From Candidatus Methylomirabilota bacterium (lineage in GTDB: Bacteria > Methylomirabilota > Methylomirabilia > Methylomirabilales > JACPAU01), in the NCBI GenBank assembly GCA_022614955.1, contig JAKEHP010000027.1, positions 16,555-80,554 on the forward strand: a stretch of 64,000 nucleotides of DNA, read 5' to 3'. The position numbers were made by a program, and so were the translations under genes. The notes under the pieces were generated by a model that worked only from the letters and a program-made list of their open reading frames with translations, had not been told where the DNA came from and did not search any database. Numbering within the stretch: position 1 is the stretch's first letter; the number at the start of each line of letters is the position of its first letter. This document shows, piece by piece, positions 34,857 to 43,465 of this stretch.

Positions 34857-36398
34857 CTAGTGACGGAAGTGCCGCATTCCCGTGAAGACCATCGCCATCC
34901 CATGCTCGTCGGCCGCCTGGATGACCTCGGTGTCCCGGACGGAGCCGCCCGGCTGGATGACGGCCGTGGCCCCGGCCTCTGCGGCCGCGTCCAGGGCGTC
35001 CCGGAACGGGATAAAGGCGTCGGAGGCGACAACGCTCCCTTTGGTCGGGAAACAGGCTTTTATCACCGCGAGGCGACAGGCGTCCACCCGGCTCATCTGC
35101 CCGGCCCCCACCCCCACCGTGGCTCCGTCATGGGCGAAGACGATGGCGTTCGACTTCACGTGCTTGACCACGATCCACGCGAAGCGCAGGTCGGCCATCT
35201 CTTGCGTCGTGGGGGCACGCCGCGTCACGGCCCTGAGCGCCTGCTCCTCAAGGGTCGCCCGGTCAGCCTCCTGGAGCAGGAGGCCGCCCCCCACGCTCCG
35301 GAGCTCCTGGCGCGTCAGTTCTCCTTCCGGCACCACCAGGAGGCGGAGGTTCTTGCGGCCCTTGAGCGCGGTCAGGGCGCCTTCGGTATAGCCCGGCGCC
35401 ACCACCACCTCCACGAACGTCTGGGCGATCTCAACGGCTGCGGGCGCCTCGAGCGGCCGATTGAACCCCAGGATCCCACCGTAGGCGGAGGTGGGGTCGG
35501 TGTCCCGCCCCCGACGGTAGGCCTCGACCTGAGACGGCCGCAGCGCGGCGCCGCAGGGGTTCGTGTGCTTCACGACGACACACCCGGCGCCTGGCAGGTC
35601 GTGGGCGGCCGCCCACGCTGCGTCGCAGTCCAGGAGGTTGTTGTAGGAGAGCTCCTTGCCCTGGAGCTGCCGGGCTTGCCCCAGACCCCCGAGCCCTGGC
35701 ACGCGGTAGAAGGCGCCCGCCTGGTGCGGGTTTTCGCCGTACCGCAGGTCCTGGACTTTCTCGGCGGCCAGCGCCAGGACCGAGGGAAACGGTGAAGCTT
35801 CCTCCTGCGCCAGGTGAGTGGCGATGGCGGCATCGTAGAGCGCGGTGTGCCGGAAGGCCTCGGCAGCCAGCGCCGCCCGGGTGGGATCGGAGAGAGCCCC
35901 GCCGCTCGCCGTGAGCTCGGCCAGGATGGCGGCGTAGCGCTCCGGGTTCACCACGACGGCGACGGCTGGATGGTTCTTGGCCGCCGACCGGAGGAGGGCG
36001 GGGCCGCCGATGTCAATCTGCTCCAGGGCCTCCGCGGTACTCACACCAGGGTGAGCCACCGTCTCGCGGAACGGGTACAGGTTCACGCAGACCAGGTCAA
36101 TGGGGACGATGCCGGCCGCCTCAAGCTCTCGCTGGTGTGCCGGCAGGTCACGGCGGGCCAGGATAGCCCCGTGGATGGCGGGGTGGAGGGTCTTGACGCG
36201 GCCATCCAGCATCTCGGGAGAGCGGGTGACCTCGCTGACCTCGGTCACCGGCACCCCGGCCTCCCTGAGCGCCCTCGCTGTGCCGCCGGTGGAGAGGAGC
36301 GTGATCCCCCAGGCGGCTAAGGCCCGGGCGAACTCGGCCAGGCCCCGCTTGTCGGAGACACTCAGGAGCGCGCGGCGGACTTTCACGAGCTCTCCCAT
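34857..36398 (-). CDS. purH: bifunctional AICAR formyltransferase / IMP cyclohydrolase
   Basis: [12 protein letters not shown]...GGTA...[11 protein letters not shown]-type N-terminus and C-terminal FTGMRHFRH. Confidence 0.95.
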   Translation of the reverse strand: MGELVKVRRALLSVSDKRGLAEFARALAAWGITLLSTGGTARALREAGVPVTEVSEVTRSPEMLDGRVKTLHPAIHGAILARRDLPAHQRELEAAGIVPIDLVCVNLYPFRETVAHPGVSTAEALEQIDIGGPALLRSAAKNHPAVAVVVNPERYAAILAELTASGGALSDPTRAALAAEAFRHTALYDAAIATHLAQEEASPFPSVLALAAEKVQDLRYGENPHQAGAFYRVPGLGGLGQARQLQGKELSYNNLLDCDAAWAAAHDLPGAGCVVVKHTNPCGAALRPSQVEAYRRGRDTDPTSAYGGILGFNRPLEAPAAVEIAQTFVEVVVAPGYTEGALTALKGRKNLRLLVVPEGELTRQELRSVGGGLLLQEADRATLEEQALRAVTRRAPTTQEMADLRFAWIVVKHVKSNAIVFAHDGATVGVGAGQMSRVDACRLAVIKACFPTKGSVVASDAFIPFRDALDAAAEAGATAVIQPGGSVRDTEVIQAADEHGMAMVFTGMRHFRH

Positions 36399-36400
36399 GG

Positions 36401-37066
36401 TCAGGGGTTGAGGCCGCCGAAGTCCGGCGGCGTCCCGCCGTCGGGGGCGGGCGCGCAGATGACTCGTCGCCCCCGGACCTGAAGGCGACCTTCCGCGAAG
36501 AGCTGGATTGCCCGCGCATATATATGATGCTCGTAGCGGAGGATCCGCACGGAGAGGGCCTCCTCCGTGTCGTCGTTGAGCACCGGGACGACCGCCTGGA
36601 TGATGATGGGGCCGGTGTCGGTCCCTTCGTCCACGAAGTGGACGGTGCAGCCGGTGAACTTGACCCCGTGCTGCAGGGCCTTCCGCTGGACGTGCAATCC
36701 CGGGAAGGCCGGGAGGAGGGCGGGGTGGATGTTCATGATCCGGTGCCGGTAATGGGCCACGAAGGCGGGAGTCAGGAGACGCATGAACCCGGCCAGGCAG
36801 ACCAGATCCACCCGGTGCTGCTCGAGGTGGCCGATGAGGGCCTTGTCAAAGGCCTCCCGGGTGGGATGGGCCTTCGGGTCCTCGAAGAGGGCCGGGATGT
36901 TGCGCTGGCGCGCGCGCTCGAGGGCGTAGGCGTCGGCCACGTCGGACAGGACCACCACCACGTCGGCGCTGAGGCGCCCGGCAGCGCTGGTGTCCAGGAT
37001 CGCCTGCAGGTTGGACCCGCGCCCCGAGACCAGGACCCCCACGCGCAGGCGCCGGGCGACCGTCAT
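36401..37066 (-). CDS. purN: phosphoribosylglycinamide formyltransferase
   Basis: ATG 37066. VLVSGRGSNLQAIL, NIHPALLPAF, GCTVHFVDEGTDTGPII motifs. The track's 476-aa version is an upstream shadow extension. Confidence 0.9.
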   Translation of the reverse strand: MTVARRLRVGVLVSGRGSNLQAILDTSAAGRLSADVVVVLSDVADAYALERARQRNIPALFEDPKAHPTREAFDKALIGHLEQHRVDLVCLAGFMRLLTPAFVAHYRHRIMNIHPALLPAFPGLHVQRKALQHGVKFTGCTVHFVDEGTDTGPIIIQAVVPVLNDDTEEALSVRILRYEHHIYARAIQLFAEGRLQVRGRRVICAPAPDGGTPPDFGGLNP

Positions 37067-38112
37067 CCCCGCGCCCCCTGCCGGTGACGCACGTCCACGC
37101 CGCGCTCTCCGGCCACGATGCGGCCGATGCGGGCCGCGACCTCTCCGGCACCTGCCAGCAGGCTCAGCGCCCGCCCGGCGTCCGCTTCCGCCACGACCAG
37201 AACGAAGCCGATCCCCAGGTTGAAGACCCGCAGCATCTCCTCGGCCGGCACATCCCCGGCCCGCTCGATGAGGCCAAAGACGGGCGGCTCCGGCCAGGCG
37301 GAGGCGTCCAGGACCGCGCGGCAGCCGGCGGGCAGGACGCGCGGGAGGTTGCCCACCAGGCCGCCTCCCGTGATGTGGGCCATCGCCTTCACCGGGAGCG
37401 CCTCCAGCAAGTGGCGGATGGCGCGGACGTAGATCCGGGTGGGCGTCAGCAACTCGTCTACCAGCGGGCGCGCCAGGGGGGCAAGGACGGCGTCCAGCGC
37501 GTAGCCGGCCCGCTCCAGGAGGGCGCGGCGGGCGAGGCTGAACCCGTTGCTGTGCAGGCCGCTGCTCGGCAGACCTAGGACCACGTCCCCGGGAACGACC
37601 GTTCGCCCATCCACGACCCGCTCCCGCTCCACCACCCCCACCAGGAAGCCGGCCAGGTCGTACTCTCCAGCACCGTAGCAGTCGGGCATCTCGGCCGTCT
37701 CGCCCCCCAGGAGGGCGCACCCGGCCTCGCAGCACCCCTCGGCGACCCCGGCCAGGATCTCCTCGGCAACGGACGGCTCCAACTGACCGGTGGCGAGATA
37801 GTCCAGGAAGAAGAGAGGCTCGGCGCCGCACACCAGGACATCGTTGGCTGACATCGCCACCAGGTCAATCCCGATTGTCCGGTGCCGGCCGGCCTGCTGG
37901 GCGATCTTCAGCTTGGTGCCGACGCCGTCTGTGGAGGCGACCAGGACGGGGCTCCGGTATCGGGAGGGGAGAGCGAAGAGGCCGGCGAAGCTCCCGATGT
38001 CGGCCAGGACCTCGGGTCGCCGGGTTTTCGCGGCCAGTCCCTTGATCCGCTGGACGAACGCCTCCGCGCCGGCGAGATCCACACCAGCCTGTTTGTAGGT
38101 GAGGGGCCCCAT
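37063..38112 (-). CDS. purM: phosphoribosylformylglycinamidine cyclo-ligase (AIR synthetase)
   Basis: ATG 38112. LTYKQAGVDLAGAE...STDGVGTKL...GGETAEMP...HSNGFSL motifs. Confidence 0.95.
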   Translation of the reverse strand: MGPLTYKQAGVDLAGAEAFVQRIKGLAAKTRRPEVLADIGSFAGLFALPSRYRSPVLVASTDGVGTKLKIAQQAGRHRTIGIDLVAMSANDVLVCGAEPLFFLDYLATGQLEPSVAEEILAGVAEGCCEAGCALLGGETAEMPDCYGAGEYDLAGFLVGVVERERVVDGRTVVPGDVVLGLPSSGLHSNGFSLARRALLERAGYALDAVLAPLARPLVDELLTPTRIYVRAIRHLLEALPVKAMAHITGGGLVGNLPRVLPAGCRAVLDASAWPEPPVFGLIERAGDVPAEEMLRVFNLGIGFVLVVAEADAGRALSLLAGAGEVAARIGRIVAGERGVDVRHRQGARG

Positions 38113-38122
38113 TGGCGTCGGG

Positions 38123-38776
38123 TCAGGCCGGCGTGGCACGGGGGGGTTCCGCTTCGCCGAAAACCTCGGCCGTGAAGATGTGGAGCTCGGCTCCCTGCCG
38201 CCAGGCATCCGCGGCGAGCAGGGCCTTCCGGCAGGCAAAGTCCAGGAATGTCTCCCGGTCCCACCCCTGCTCGGTGGCCACCTGCGGGAGGAGGACCCCC
38301 CGTTGCTCGCCGGCGTTCACGCAGACCCCATGGGTCCCGGGGATCAACTGCACCACGTTCTCCAGGGGCTGCAAGGCGGAGAGGATCGAGATCTCGATGG
38401 TGAGCCGGCCCAGCTCGTCAGGGACGACAGGGGGAAAGCGGGGGTCGGAGGTGGCGGCGGAGACCACGCAGTGCGCAATCGTGGCGGCCAGGGTTTTCGT
38501 GGGCTCCAGAGACCCGACGCAGCCGCGCAGATCGCCCCCCGAGCGGAGGGTCACAAAGGCTGCCCCGGGCTGGTCCAGGGAGGGCGAAATCTCCGGCAGC
38601 CCGCCGGAAACGCTCCCGAGCAGGTGCTCTTCCAGGGCCCGCCGGGCCATCGTGAGCAATGCCGCCCGCTCATCCGGCGTCAACGGCGCATGCCCCTCCC
38701 CGCCCCGGCTGCGGCCCCGGAGGCCCGGGGGGCCGGTGCTGGCCAGAGTATACGGAGCGCTCCGGAGACCTGTCAA
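38123..38776 (-). CDS. AMMECR1-domain protein
   Basis: GAAFVTL...LRGCVGSLEP...DPRFPPV...GVLLPQV motifs. Confidence 0.8.
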   Translation of the reverse strand: MTGLRSAPYTLASTGPPGLRGRSRGGEGHAPLTPDERAALLTMARRALEEHLLGSVSGGLPEISPSLDQPGAAFVTLRSGGDLRGCVGSLEPTKTLAATIAHCVVSAATSDPRFPPVVPDELGRLTIEISILSALQPLENVVQLIPGTHGVCVNAGEQRGVLLPQVATEQGWDRETFLDFACRKALLAADAWRQGAELHIFTAEVFGEAEPPRATPA

Positions 38777-38844
38777 TTGGAAAGGCCGGCGCGTGAAGGG
38801 GTTCGGTCGTCCAGGATGTCGCAGGTTGGCCGAGAAAAAGCCGC

Positions 38845-38890
38845 TTGACAGGGATCAAGAGCCAATGCTAATTGTTGATCAAATCAATAG
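38845..38890 (+). promoter_or_regulatory. candidate promoter plus AT-rich palindromic operator upstream of the Rrf2 gene
   Basis: TTGACA (38845-38850), 18 nt, TGcTAATTG-type extended -10. This is followed by ATTGTTGATCAAATCAAT, which contains the perfect palindrome TTGATCAA. It is an AT-rich island in GC-rich DNA. Confidence 0.35.
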
Positions 38891-38943
38891 GGAAGGTCGT
38901 GTTCTGAGTTTTGGATCTCGCCCACAGGGCGAGGGGGAAGGTC

Positions 38944-39393
38944 ATGAGGATCTCGGCGAAAGGGGATTACGCCACCCGGGCCATGCAGGAACTGGCGATG
39001 AACTATAACCGGGGACCCCTCCCGATCGAGGCAATTGCCAAGCGCCGGCATATCCCCGTCCGCTACCTGGAGCAGCTCCTCCTGATCCTGAAGCGGGCCG
39101 GCTTCCTGGAGAGTAAGCGCGGCGTGAAGGGCGGCTACTACCTGGCCAAGCCGCCGGGCCAGATCACGGTCGGGGAGATCGTCCGGCTGATGGACGGCTC
39201 TCCGGCCCCGATCTTCTGTGTGGACCCCACCAGCCATGACAAGTGCCCGGTGGAGCCGATCTGCGGCTTCCAGAGCGTCTGGGACGAGGTCTACCAGGCG
39301 ATCGCCAACATCATTGACAAGACCACGCTCGAGGACATCTGCCACCGCGCCATGCTGAAGATCGCACCGGGCGCCGTCAGCTACCGGATCTAG
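38944..39393 (+). CDS. Rrf2-family transcriptional regulator (IscR/CymR-like, three C-terminal Cys)
   Basis: MRISAKGDYATRAM...IPVRYLEQLLLILKRAGFLESKRGVKGGY wHTH. C-x8-C-x5-C cluster (FCVDPTSHDKCPVEPIC). Confidence 0.85.
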   Translation: MRISAKGDYATRAMQELAMNYNRGPLPIEAIAKRRHIPVRYLEQLLLILKRAGFLESKRGVKGGYYLAKPPGQITVGEIVRLMDGSPAPIFCVDPTSHDKCPVEPICGFQSVWDEVYQAIANIIDKTTLEDICHRAMLKIAPGAVSYRI

Positions 39394-39424
39394 CCGGATC
39401 TAGCCGGACCGACGGAGGGAACGC

Positions 39425-40339
39425 ATGGCTCGGGTTGCCCGGAACGCGCTAGATCTCATCGGCGGGACACCTCTGGTCGCCCTCCCTCGGCTGAGCCCTC
39501 GAGGCGGGGCCCGCATCCTCGGGAAGCTGGAGTCGGTCAACCCGGGGGGCAGCGTGAAGGACCGGATCGCCCTGTCCATGGTGGAGGCGGCGGAGCGGGA
39601 CGGGCTTCTCAAACCCGGCGCGACGATCGTGGAGCCCACGTCGGGCAACACCGGGATCGGCTTGGCTCTGGTCTGCTCCGTGAAGGGGTATCAGCTCATC
39701 CTCACAATGCCGGACGACATGAGCGTGGAGCGGCGAACGCTCTTGGCCCGTTTCGGGGCGGAGGTGATCCTGACGCCGGCCATCGAGGGGATGACGGGGG
39801 CGGTGTACGCCGCGGAGGAGCTCTGCCGGGAGCACCCGGACTACTTCATGCCCCAGCAGTTTGAGAACCCCGCAAACCCGGAGATCCACCGCCAGACCAC
39901 GGCGCGGGAGATTCTGGAGGCCACCGGGGGCGACCTGCACGCGTTCGTGGCTGGCGTCGGGACCGGGGGGACCATCACCGGGGTGGGGGAGGTCCTCAAG
40001 CGAGAGGTCCCGGGGGTCCGGGTAGTGGCCGTGGAGCCGGCCCGGTCCCCGGTCCTGCAAGGGGGGAAGGCCCGTCCCCACGCCATCCAGGGGATCGGCG
40101 CCTCCTTCGTCCCCGGGGTCCTGAACCGTGCCGTCCTGGACGAGATCATCGCGGTGGCCGACGACGATGCCCTGAAGATGACGGGGCGCCTGACCCGGGA
40201 GGAAGGGCTGTTGCTGGGGGTCTCGGCGGGGGCGAATGTCTTCGCCTCCGTGAAGGTGGCCCGAGAGCTGGGCGCCGGCAAGGTAGTGGTCACGGTGCTC
40301 CCCGACACGGGCGAGCGCTACCTGAGCGTCCCCCTGTAA
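39425..40339 (+). CDS. cysK: cysteine synthase (O-acetylserine sulfhydrylase family)
   Basis: IGGTPLV, PLP-lysine motif GGSVKDR, TSGNTGIGLA, GVGTGGTITG. Confidence 0.9.
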   Translation: MARVARNALDLIGGTPLVALPRLSPRGGARILGKLESVNPGGSVKDRIALSMVEAAERDGLLKPGATIVEPTSGNTGIGLALVCSVKGYQLILTMPDDMSVERRTLLARFGAEVILTPAIEGMTGAVYAAEELCREHPDYFMPQQFENPANPEIHRQTTAREILEATGGDLHAFVAGVGTGGTITGVGEVLKREVPGVRVVAVEPARSPVLQGGKARPHAIQGIGASFVPGVLNRAVLDEIIAVADDDALKMTGRLTREEGLLLGVSAGANVFASVKVARELGAGKVVVTVLPDTGERYLSVPL

Positions 40340-40383
40340 GGCGCGGCGCGCCTGGAGACAGGTCGAACGAGGAGAGGCAAGGC

Positions 40384-41475
40384 ATGCCCGTGACGGTGTA
40401 CATCCCCACCCCATTCCGGAAGCTGACGGGGAACATCGCCCAGGTGGAGGCGGAGGCGGCCGACCTGGCCGGTCTCCTCGCCGTCCTGGAGGACCGTTTC
40501 CCCGGCCTCCGGGAACGGGTCGTGGACGAGCTGGGGGCCATCCACCGCCACGTGAACGTCTACGTCAACGACCGGGCGGTGGAGGACCTGGGGGGGGCCC
40601 GGACCCCCTTGCGAGACGGGGACGAGGTAGCCCTGATCCCGGCCATCGCCGGCGGTGCTTTGCCATTCAGCGAGGAGCAGATCCGGCGGTACAGCCGCCA
40701 CATTATTCTCCCGGAGATGGGCGGGAAGGGGCAGCGGAAGCTCTTGAACAGCAGCGTCCTCCTGGTCGGGGCGGGGGGACTGGGCTCCCCGGCCGGCCTG
40801 TACCTGGCGGCTGCGGGGGTAGGACGGATCGGGATCGTGGACTTCGACCGGGTGGACCTGAGTAACCTGCAGCGGCAGCTCCTCCACCGGACGAAGGACG
40901 TGGGGCGGCTCAAGGTGGACTCGGCGGCGGACACCATTGCCGAGATCAATCCGGACGTGAAGGTGGAGGCCCATCCGGTCCAGCTCTCGAGTGCCAACGT
41001 GAAGGAGATCCTGCAGGCCTACGACGTGGTGGTGAACGGCTGCGATAACTTCCCCACCCGCTACCTGCTGAACGACGCCTGCGTTTTCCTGAAGAAGCCT
41101 CTCGTGGACGGGAGCCTCTTCCGGTTCGAAGGGCAGGCCGCGGTCTTTCTCCCCGGTCAGGGCTGTTACCGGTGCCTCTATCCCTCCCCGCCGCCGCCAG
41201 GCCTCGTCCCCTCCTGCCAGGAGGCCGGGATCCTCGGGGTCCTGTGCGGGATCATCGGGTGCATCCAGGGAATCGAGGCGATCAAAGTCCTGCTCGGGAT
41301 CGGAGAGTCGCTGGCCGGACGCATGCTCTTCTTTGACGCGATGACCATGGAGTTCCGCCAGGTCCAGTTCCGCCGGGATAAGGCCTGCCCGGTCTGCGGC
41401 GATGCCCCGACGATCACGGACTTGCTTGACTACCACGAGTTCTGCGGGGTCCCCGCGGGGCAGAGGGTGAGCTAG
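40384..41475 (+). CDS. fusion protein: N-terminal MoaD/ThiS-like ubiquitin-fold sulfur carrier (ending ...PAIAGG) joined directly to a MoeB/ThiF-type E1 adenylyltransferase
   Basis: Residues 1-92 are paralogous to the two free MoaD-like genes in this window and end in AIAGG. The E1 domain follows after a two-residue (Ala-Leu) linker (ALPFSEEQIRRYSRHIILPEMG, VGAGGLGS, CYRC...CPVC zinc site). No stop or frameshift at the junction. Confidence 0.85.
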   Translation: MPVTVYIPTPFRKLTGNIAQVEAEAADLAGLLAVLEDRFPGLRERVVDELGAIHRHVNVYVNDRAVEDLGGARTPLRDGDEVALIPAIAGGALPFSEEQIRRYSRHIILPEMGGKGQRKLLNSSVLLVGAGGLGSPAGLYLAAAGVGRIGIVDFDRVDLSNLQRQLLHRTKDVGRLKVDSAADTIAEINPDVKVEAHPVQLSSANVKEILQAYDVVVNGCDNFPTRYLLNDACVFLKKPLVDGSLFRFEGQAAVFLPGQGCYRCLYPSPPPPGLVPSCQEAGILGVLCGIIGCIQGIEAIKVLLGIGESLAGRMLFFDAMTMEFRQVQFRRDKACPVCGDAPTITDLLDYHEFCGVPAGQRVS

Positions 41476-41808
41476 ATGACGTTCGGCTTTCTCCTGACCA
41501 CCTCGCCCGAGCGGGCCGATGCCCGGACGGTCATCCGGCTCGCAGAGGCGGCGCTCGAGACCGGCCACCGCGTGGAGCTGTTCCTGATGAACGACGGGGT
41601 CTACAACGTCGTGGCGGCGCCCAAGCACCCGGTGAGCGGCGACTTCGTCCGCCTGATGGAGTTCGGTGCGGCGATCACCCTGTGCGCGACGAGCGCGGGA
41701 CCCCGGGGAGTGACGAAGGAGAACGCCCTCCCGGGCGTGCGCTTCGGCAGCCAGCATGACCACGCCCAGATGGTCGCCCGGGCCGACCGGGTGCTGACCT
41801 TCTGCTGA
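41476..41808 (+). CDS. DsrE/TusD-family sulfur-relay protein
   Basis: 110 aa with FLMNDGVY and active-site-type LCATSAGPRG. Confidence 0.8.
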   Translation: MTFGFLLTTSPERADARTVIRLAEAALETGHRVELFLMNDGVYNVVAAPKHPVSGDFVRLMEFGAAITLCATSAGPRGVTKENALPGVRFGSQHDHAQMVARADRVLTFC

Positions 41809-41812
41809 GGGG

Positions 41813-42166
41813 ATGATGGGTAAGCAGGTGACGGTCCTCATCCGGCGGCCGCCGCTCACCTCGGAGAAGACGGCCGAGGCGTTGCGGGTTGCCGTGGGCT
41901 ATACGCTGGCCGGGGGGCAGCGCGTAACCGCGTGCTTCGTCGGGGACGGGGTCTATGCCGTCGGTACCTTGCGGCCCGCTGTGGCCGGCGCTCCGGACCT
42001 GGAGAAGCACCTCGTAGCCCTCAAAGCGCTCGGCCAGCGCCTGGTGGCCGACGCCGCCGCCGTGCGCCAGCGACCGGGCCTCACCCTGCGGCCTGATGTC
42101 GAGGCCCTGGAGCTCGGAGAGATTCTGAACCTGCTCACCGACGCGGACATGGTCGTCCCGTTCTAG
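41813..42166 (+). CDS. DsrF/TusC-family sulfur-relay protein
   Basis: 117 aa; FVGDGVYAV...DADMVVPF pattern; position between the DsrE- and DsrH-like genes. Confidence 0.7.
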   Translation: MMGKQVTVLIRRPPLTSEKTAEALRVAVGYTLAGGQRVTACFVGDGVYAVGTLRPAVAGAPDLEKHLVALKALGQRLVADAAAVRQRPGLTLRPDVEALELGEILNLLTDADMVVPF

Positions 42167-42181
42167 GCCGGAAGAAAGCCG

Positions 42182-42439
42182 ATGCGGATCCTCCACATCA
42201 TCCGGCACCCGAGGGAGGAGATGGGCTGGCAGGTGGCCGAGGCTCAGGCCGGGCGCCACGAGGTGGCGGTCCTGCTCCTGCAGGACGGCGTGCTCTCCCG
42301 GCGCGAGACGGCCCTGCCCCTGTACGCCTCGGCGGTGGACCTCGAGGCCCGCGGGCTTCCCGCGGACCGGGGCAAGCCCCTGAGTGACGCCGAGATCGTG
42401 GAGGTGCTCGCCGCCCACGACCGGCTCGTCACCTGGTAG
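42182..42439 (+). CDS. DsrH/TusB-family sulfur-relay protein
   Basis: 85 aa; LLLQDGV...YASAVDLEARGL...LVTW terminal pattern. Confidence 0.65.
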   Translation: MRILHIIRHPREEMGWQVAEAQAGRHEVAVLLLQDGVLSRRETALPLYASAVDLEARGLPADRGKPLSDAEIVEVLAAHDRLVTW

Positions 42440-42448
42440 GAGAGACGC

Positions 42449-43465
42449 GTGCTCAAGGCGCTCATCCTGGGACTGCCGGTGGGGCTGGCCTTCGGCTACG
42501 CCCTGCAGCGGGGACGCTTCTGCCTGAACACCGCCTTCCGGGATGTCTTCCTCATTCGCGACTCGACGCTGGTCCGGGCGTGGGCGCTGGCGCTGCTCAT
42601 CCAGATGGCCGGGGTCCATGCCCTGGCGGGACTCGGCTGGTTCCAGATGGGGATGGCCCCCTTCTGGTGGCAGGCCGCGCTCCTGGGCGGCCTCGTCTTC
42701 GGCTGGGGGATGGTCCTCTCGGGCGGGTGAACGACGGGCGTCTCCTACCGGTCGGGTGAGGGGATGGTGGCCTCGTGGATCAGCCTGGTGGGATTTGGCC
42801 TCGGGATCATGATGACGAGCGGCGGCCTCCTCGAGCCCCTGCAGCATCGGCTGCGAACCGCGGTCATCGGCGAAGGCCCACCGGCCACGGCGGCCAGCCT
42901 GCTCGGTCTCAGCCCGTGGATCGTCATCGCGGCCTTCGCCCTCCTGGTCGGCTTCTGGTTCCTCCGGAGGCCGGCCAGGGTGGCGTACCAGGGAGGCTGG
43001 ACCTGGCCTGTGACCGGACTCGCCATCGGCCTCATCGCGCTTGCCGCCTGGCCGCTCTCCGCGCTAACCGGCCGGCAGTTCGGGCTTTCGGTCACGGAGC
43101 CCGTCTATTCCTATATGCGGGTGGCCCTCCTGGGCCAGGTGGAGGCCCTGAACTGGGCGAGCGTCATGTGGCTGGGGATCCCCCTGGGCTCGTACGTCTC
43201 GGCCCGCTGGCACGGCGAGTTCAAGTGGCGGAGCCCTGGGCCCCAGCGCCTCCTCCAGGCCCTCGGGGGCGGGGTGGTGATGGGAATCGGCGCCGCGATC
43301 GGCGGCGGTTGTACCGTGGGACACAGCCTGACCGGGTTTTCCACCCTGGCTATGTCGAGCATCGCGGCGACGGCCGGGATCGTAGCGGGGGTCTGGTCCG
43401 CGACCCTCATTCTCTTTGGTGACGTGCTGGTCGGAAGGAGCGTGCGACATGCGGAGCGAGCGTAG
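42449..43465 (+). CDS. YeeE/YedE-family (TsuA-like) sulfur/selenium transporter with in-frame UGA (predicted Sec) replacing a conserved Cys
   Basis: ORFs 42449..42730 and 42764..43465 share a frame across TGA 42728-42730. Read-through gives VLSGG-U-TTGVSYRSGEG (family motif GGCxxG). The second-half motif GGGCTVGHSL retains Cys. About 9 TM in total. Confidence 0.7.
42742..42763 (+). promoter_or_regulatory. candidate SECIS stem-loop in the YeeE-like gene
   Basis: CUCCUACC / GGU(G)AGGGG stem with one bulged G and loop GGUCG, starting 11 nt after the UGA. Confidence 0.35.

Noticed and set aside
39384-39408. 10-bp tandem duplication CCGGATCTAG CCGGATCTAG CCGGA at the Rrf2 stop codon.
   Set aside because: Too short to be a functional repeat array. 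Likely a replication-slippage scar that duplicates the stop. No effect on either neighbouring ORF.
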